Assembly: GCF_006345805.1 (NCBI RefSeq)
Contig: NW_021825793.1
Location: 1 to 13,996 of the forward strand
DNA length: 13,996 nt
Direction of reading: 5' to 3'
DNA from: Octopus sinensis
Lineage: Eukaryota
Within the stretch, counting starts at the first letter, position 1. Every line of letters begins with the position of its first letter. The position numbers were made by a program, and so were the translations under genes. This document shows positions 9,438-13,996 of this stretch, in pieces. The notes below the pieces were generated by a model. It saw nothing but the letters and a program-made list of their open reading frames with translations. It searched no databases and was not told the DNA's origin.

Positions 9438-9620
9438 TCAACATGCTGGACAAAATGCTTAGGGGTATTTCGTCCGTCTTCACGTTCTGAGCTCAAATTC
9501 CGCCCAGGTCGACTTTGCCTGTCATCCTTTGGGAGTCATAAAATAAGTACCAGTTGAATACTGGGGTCAATGTAATTACCATTCACCCGAAAATACTGGC
9601 CTTGTGCCAAAATATGAAAC

Positions 9621-9687
<67 letters not shown>
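9438..9687 (+). mobile_element. SINE family B copy with (ATT)n tail
   Basis: gtatttcgtccgtcttcacgttctgagctcaaattccgcccaggtcgactttgcctgtcatcctttgggagtc...aaaataagtaccagt...ggccttgtgccaaaatatgaaacc, followed by (ATT)n at 9622-9687. Confidence 0.85.
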
Positions 9688-9693
9688 GTCATT

Positions 9694-9868
9694 TTCAAAT
9701 GCCGCCGCGGTCGACTTTGTCTTTCACCTTTTTGGTGTCGATAAATTAATTATCACTCAAATACTGGAGTCGATATAATCGATTTGTTCTCTCCCCAATA
9801 TTTCAGGCCTTGTGCCTTTAGTAGAAAATACTACTACTACTATTATTATTATTATTATTATTATTATT
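9694..9868 (+). mobile_element. 5'-truncated SINE family B copy with (ACT)/(ATT)n tail
   Basis: ttcaaatgccgccgcggtcgactttgtctttcaccttttt ggtgtcgataaatt...ggccttgtgcc is collinear with the preceding copy. Confidence 0.8.
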
Positions 9869-9869
9869 G

Positions 9870-10133
9870 GCATCATCGTCGTCATCATCATCGATGGTGT
9901 TGCTGTCTTCTTCTTTTTCTTGTTCTTCTTGTTCTTGTTCTTGTTCTTGTTCTTGTTCTTGTTCTTCTTCTTCTTCTTCTTCTTCTTCGTCTTCTTCTTC
10001 TTCTTCTTCTTCTTCTTCTTCTTCTTCTTCTTCTTCTTCTTCGTCTTCTTCTTCTTCTTCTTCTTCTTTCTTCTTCTTCTTCTTCTCTTCTTCTTCTTCT
10101 TCTTCTTCTTCTTCTTCTTCTTCTTCTTCTTCT
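9870..10133. repeat. (CAT)/(CTTGTT)n/(CTT)n compound microsatellite
   Basis: Visible runs; source of the poly-L/F/S/R ORFs. Confidence 0.95.
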
Positions 10134-10850
10134 CCGTAAACGGTGGCTTTTAACGGGTGGAGAGCTGAACCATCCTGGGGTACAGAGGATTCGCAATCTA
10201 GACTAGGGTCTGAAAGTTTACCACACCATAGTGGGTTACACCATGGTTCCTCTGCTTTGTGGCAGAAGTAGGAAGAAAGATTGAGAGAAAGTTGTGGTGA
10301 AAGAGTACAGCGGGGTTCACCACCACCCCATTCAGTCGTGTTCTTTCTTTACGATAGCAGCGAATTCAAAAGAGATACCAAGACAGATGCGACAGCTTGA
10401 CTGCTCTTTCCAGCAGATCTAGCGACCACACAGGGAAGAACCTGACGCATGTTAGTAACAAACCTACCAGTCGTTCAACATACAGAATAATTTCTAATTT
10501 ATAATGGTTTTCATGTTCCCCAACCAGTCGTTGCAATTTTCTGCTACTTTCTTCGCTATTATATATTCATGGATATTTATGTGAACGCACACAGCTCAGC
10601 TATCTTCAACCAGTTTTCTAATTGTCCATGTCCCACATCCTCCCACATGTGTCCCTGTTAAATTATGAAGCGTTAATGTTTCATTTTTCGTTCATGTATT
10701 CTAAGTGAAGTCATTAAGTTGCTACATTTTCTTTTTGCTCGCTTTCATTAATTCTTTTCATCGTTCAATTTATTACATTAAAACTTAGATTATTACTGAT
10801 ACAGCTAATGTGTTAATAGCCATTACTTGTTCTTAGCATTTAGCAACAGT

Positions 10851-10866
10851 CATTATCATTATCATT

Positions 10867-10899
<33 letters not shown>

Positions 10900-11295
10900 G
10901 TGGTCGTCGTCGTCGTCGTCGCGGGGTTCATTACCATCACTACTTACTACAAAAACAACCACCACCACCACCGTCGCTGACGCCGTCACCACCACCACCA
11001 CCACCACCACCACCACCACCACCACTATCACCACCACCACTATCGCCACCTTCCTCATCATCATCGTCGTCGTCGTCGTCATCATCATCATCATTGTCGT
11101 CGTCATCGTCACGGGGCTCATTATCATCACTGCCGTCGCCGCCGCCGCTGCCACCACCACCACCACCACCACCACCACCACCACCATCACCACCGCCACC
11201 GCCACCACTACGACGACGACCACCACCACCACCACAACCACCGCTACCAACGTCATCAGCATCATCATCATCAGCGTCATCGTCATCATAATCAT
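10851..11295. repeat. Compound trinucleotide tract (CAT/CGT/CAC/CGC)
   Basis: Visible runs with an internal duplicated anchor cgggg(t/c)tcatta(c/t)catcact at about 10922 and 11112. Confidence 0.9.
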
Positions 11296-11483
11296 CTCCC
11301 TGTTTCCTCCACGTACAATTTCACATGTATTCATGAATTCATAGGAGCGTGTAAAGATGCACATACACAGTGACACACGCGCACACTCATATACGGTGCG
11401 CACACATTACATAGATACATGCCCATATATGCCTGTATAATGTATCTCTGTATACATGTATGTATTTATGAATGTATCTATCT

Positions 11484-11678
11484 ATCTGTCTATATACGTA
11501 CATATATACATACATATATATATATACATATATATACATATATCTGTCTATATACGTACATATATACATGCATATATATATATGCATATATCTGTCTATA
11601 TACATACATATATACATACATATATATATACATACATATATATATACATATATATACATATATCTGTCTATATACATA

Positions 11679-11712
<34 letters not shown>

Positions 11713-11820
11713 CATATATCTGTCTATATACGTACATATATACATATATATATATATACATACATACAATTATATCTGTCTATATACGTACATATATACA
11801 TACATACATATACATACAAT
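11484..11820. repeat. Minisatellite built on a (TA)/(TACA) background, six units anchored by ATCTGTCTATATAC
   Basis: Anchor at 11484, 11542, 11590, 11662, 11718 and 11774 (spacing 58, 48, 72, 56, 56). Confidence 0.9.
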
Positions 11821-12326
11821 TACACCCATATACACATTGATGTACATACTGCAAATACACCGACTCGAGGACGTGCATACATGTTTTACATACCTACACG
11901 AGTGCGTGTGCCAATGTGCCCGTGTGCCTGTGTGCCAGTGTGCCTCTGTAGACTTATACATTTATACGAACACAGAGACACGCAGACATATATATATATA
12001 CACATATACAGACTCAAATCAACTGCATTGTCATATCGTACAAAGGTTATATACTCACTGTCTATATATAGCAATTACCACAATTCATTTATTGACATTT
12101 AAGCATTCTTCAGGTAACTAATAATTCCATTCCTCACCATTTGGAATATGGACAGACCTAATTCTTCACATCAATAACTACCTGCCTATTTACCATTAGA
12201 GTTACCTAGCTACCTGTCTATAAATCAACCTTCTGACTACATCTCTACGTAAGATTCCCAGGTGTCTGTCTGTTTGTCTATCTAGCTGTTTGTCTGTTCG
12301 TCTCTCCGTTGTCTATTCATATATCC

Positions 12327-12631
<305 letters not shown>

Positions 12632-12714
<83 letters not shown>

Positions 12715-12730
12715 ATATATATACACACAC
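12632..12730. repeat. (TATC)n then (TA)n/(CA)n
   Basis: Perfect run. Confidence 0.95.
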
Positions 12731-13192
12731 AAAATTAAGAGGAATGACCACTAAAGTGGACACCTGATATGCTAAACATAGACGTCAAATCACCATTACC
12801 ACGAAGAGTGTGTTCTCAAGAAAAATTTCAGCAAAACACCAAAATGTAAAAACGAGGAAAACAAATGAAAGTATACGAAATAAAAAACGATTACCTATTT
12901 ACCATGTTTTCACTTGTTAATATCTACATATGCAAACACGCAGATATCTGCAAGATCGTCAGTGTAGTCTGTCGCTTACAAAACACAATTTCCAGAACTA
13001 GATACAGAACGCTCGACCGAAATCGAGTATGTATAAAGTTCTACATTTTATATTTGGATGTGTTTTTCAAATGTCTTCATTTTGGCCGGAAATTACTCTG
13101 CAAACACAACTTTTACTCTTCGGATTTTTTAAATATGCTAAGCCGGTGGTTTTAATTCTTTAATATCAATTTCTACTCTTTTTATTTAATTA
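12731..13192 (-). mobile_element. Older ~460-bp hammerhead-bearing element between microsatellites (retrozyme or PLE-terminus-like)
   Basis: Bounded by (TA)/(CA) tracts. It contains a degenerate long-stem-II hammerhead at 12891-12969 and a terminal motif (12789-12731) resembling the end of the array at 4943-5000. Confidence 0.5.
12891..12969 (-). ncRNA. Degenerate type I hammerhead with extended stem II
   Basis: Minus strand: CTGACGA (12962-12956); stem II CTTG/CAAG enclosing the hairpin GATATCTGCGTGT-TTGC-ATATGTAGATATT; GAAAACATGGTA (12911-12900, one change from the palindromic GAA-ACCATGGT-A). Stem I is poorly paired. Confidence 0.55.
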
Positions 13193-13199
13193 CACACAC

Positions 13200-13330
13200 G
13201 ATATATATATATATATAATACATATAGATATATATTATTAATATATATATATATAGATCATATATATCTATATATATATATAGATATATATATATAATAA
13301 TAATCTATATATATATAATATAGATATATA
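13200..13330. repeat. Degenerate (TA)n
   Basis: Visible run. Confidence 0.9.
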
Positions 13331-13459
13331 GGGAAACCACTAGGTGGATAAATATACACATGTATTGAAATTTTTTCTGATTTTTCAGATTTTTTATACA
13401 CTAGGCTATTGGTTTTAAATTGATATTAATTAAATTGGTATTCAATTTACCTCCCTCAT

Positions 13460-13571
13460 TATATATATATATATATATGTAGATAGATAGATTCATACAT
13501 ACATACATACATACATACATACATACATACATACATACATACATACATACATACATACATACATACATACA
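13460..13571. repeat. (TA)n-(GATA)-(TACA)n compound microsatellite
   Basis: Visible runs. Confidence 0.95.
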
Positions 13572-13720
13572 TGTGTCTGTGTGTTTATATATAAACGAAT
13601 ACAACAAGCAAAATGCCAAACAGCAAAATATACAGAGACGTTCACAATCTATTACGCTGAAGGAAGTGTAAAATTAAGGGTTATTACGTTTCGGATATAG
13701 TGCCAATTATAAGTATACCA

Positions 13721-13996
13721 CCTCTCTCTCTCTCTCTAAGTCGATCTCCCTCTTTCTCTCTTGGTTGCTCTCTCTCTCTCTCTTAATCGTTCTCTCTCTC
13801 TCTTAGTCTCACGCTCTCTCTATCTTTGTCACTATATCTCTCTTTCTTTGTAGGTATCTCTGCTTCAGTTGCCTTCTCTTTCCATCTTCCTCATTCTCTC
13901 TCTCTCTCTCATTCTCTCTGTCTGTCTTCTGTCTGTCTGTCTCTCTGCTTCAGTCGTCCTCTCTTTCCATCTTCCTCATTCTCTCTCTCTCTCTCT
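13721..13996. repeat. (TC)-rich polypyrimidine tract with an 85-bp-period duplication
   Basis: tctctgcttcagt...tctctttccatcttcctcattctctctc starts at 13857 and again at 13942. Confidence 0.9.

Noticed and set aside
10134-10332. GC-richer island after (CTT)n that may be a fragment of another dispersed repeat
   Set aside because: No second copy, ORF or diagnostic motif within the window, so it cannot be classified without a database search.
9784-12121. Poly-L/F/S/R/V/P and YI-rich ORFs up to 227 aa
   Set aside because: All coincide with tri-, di- or tetranucleotide repeats.
12865-13155. 96-aa plus-strand ORF, with FFKCLHFGRKLL faintly like a PLE C-terminus
   Set aside because: Similarity too short to support, and it overlaps the hammerhead on the opposite strand; not called as CDS.

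Overview
AT-rich, microsatellite-dense eukaryotic repeat DNA, most likely from a cephalopod (Octopus-like, inferred from the SINE families). It contains no credible intact protein-coding gene, and nearly all listed ORFs are translations of simple repeats. The main feature is a ~2 kb insertion (3009-5000) between two (TA)n tracts, made of one inverted and three head-to-tail copies of a ~490-bp non-coding unit. Each unit folds into a type I hammerhead ribozyme (CUGAAGA core, unusually long ~67-nt stem II, near-palindromic stem III, GUA cleavage triplet) inside a highly base-paired RNA, i.e. a retrozyme-like non-autonomous Penelope-type element. The window also holds two decayed Penelope-like reverse transcriptase fossils (1365-2730 and 7032-7480, both minus strand, missed by the ORF track). 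There is a second diverged long-stem-II hammerhead element with a similar 3' terminus (12731-13192), a degenerate minimal hammerhead (8131-8164), several tRNA-derived SINE copies of two families, and a probable non-LTR 3' end inserted in (TATC)n. All motif assignments were made by eye.
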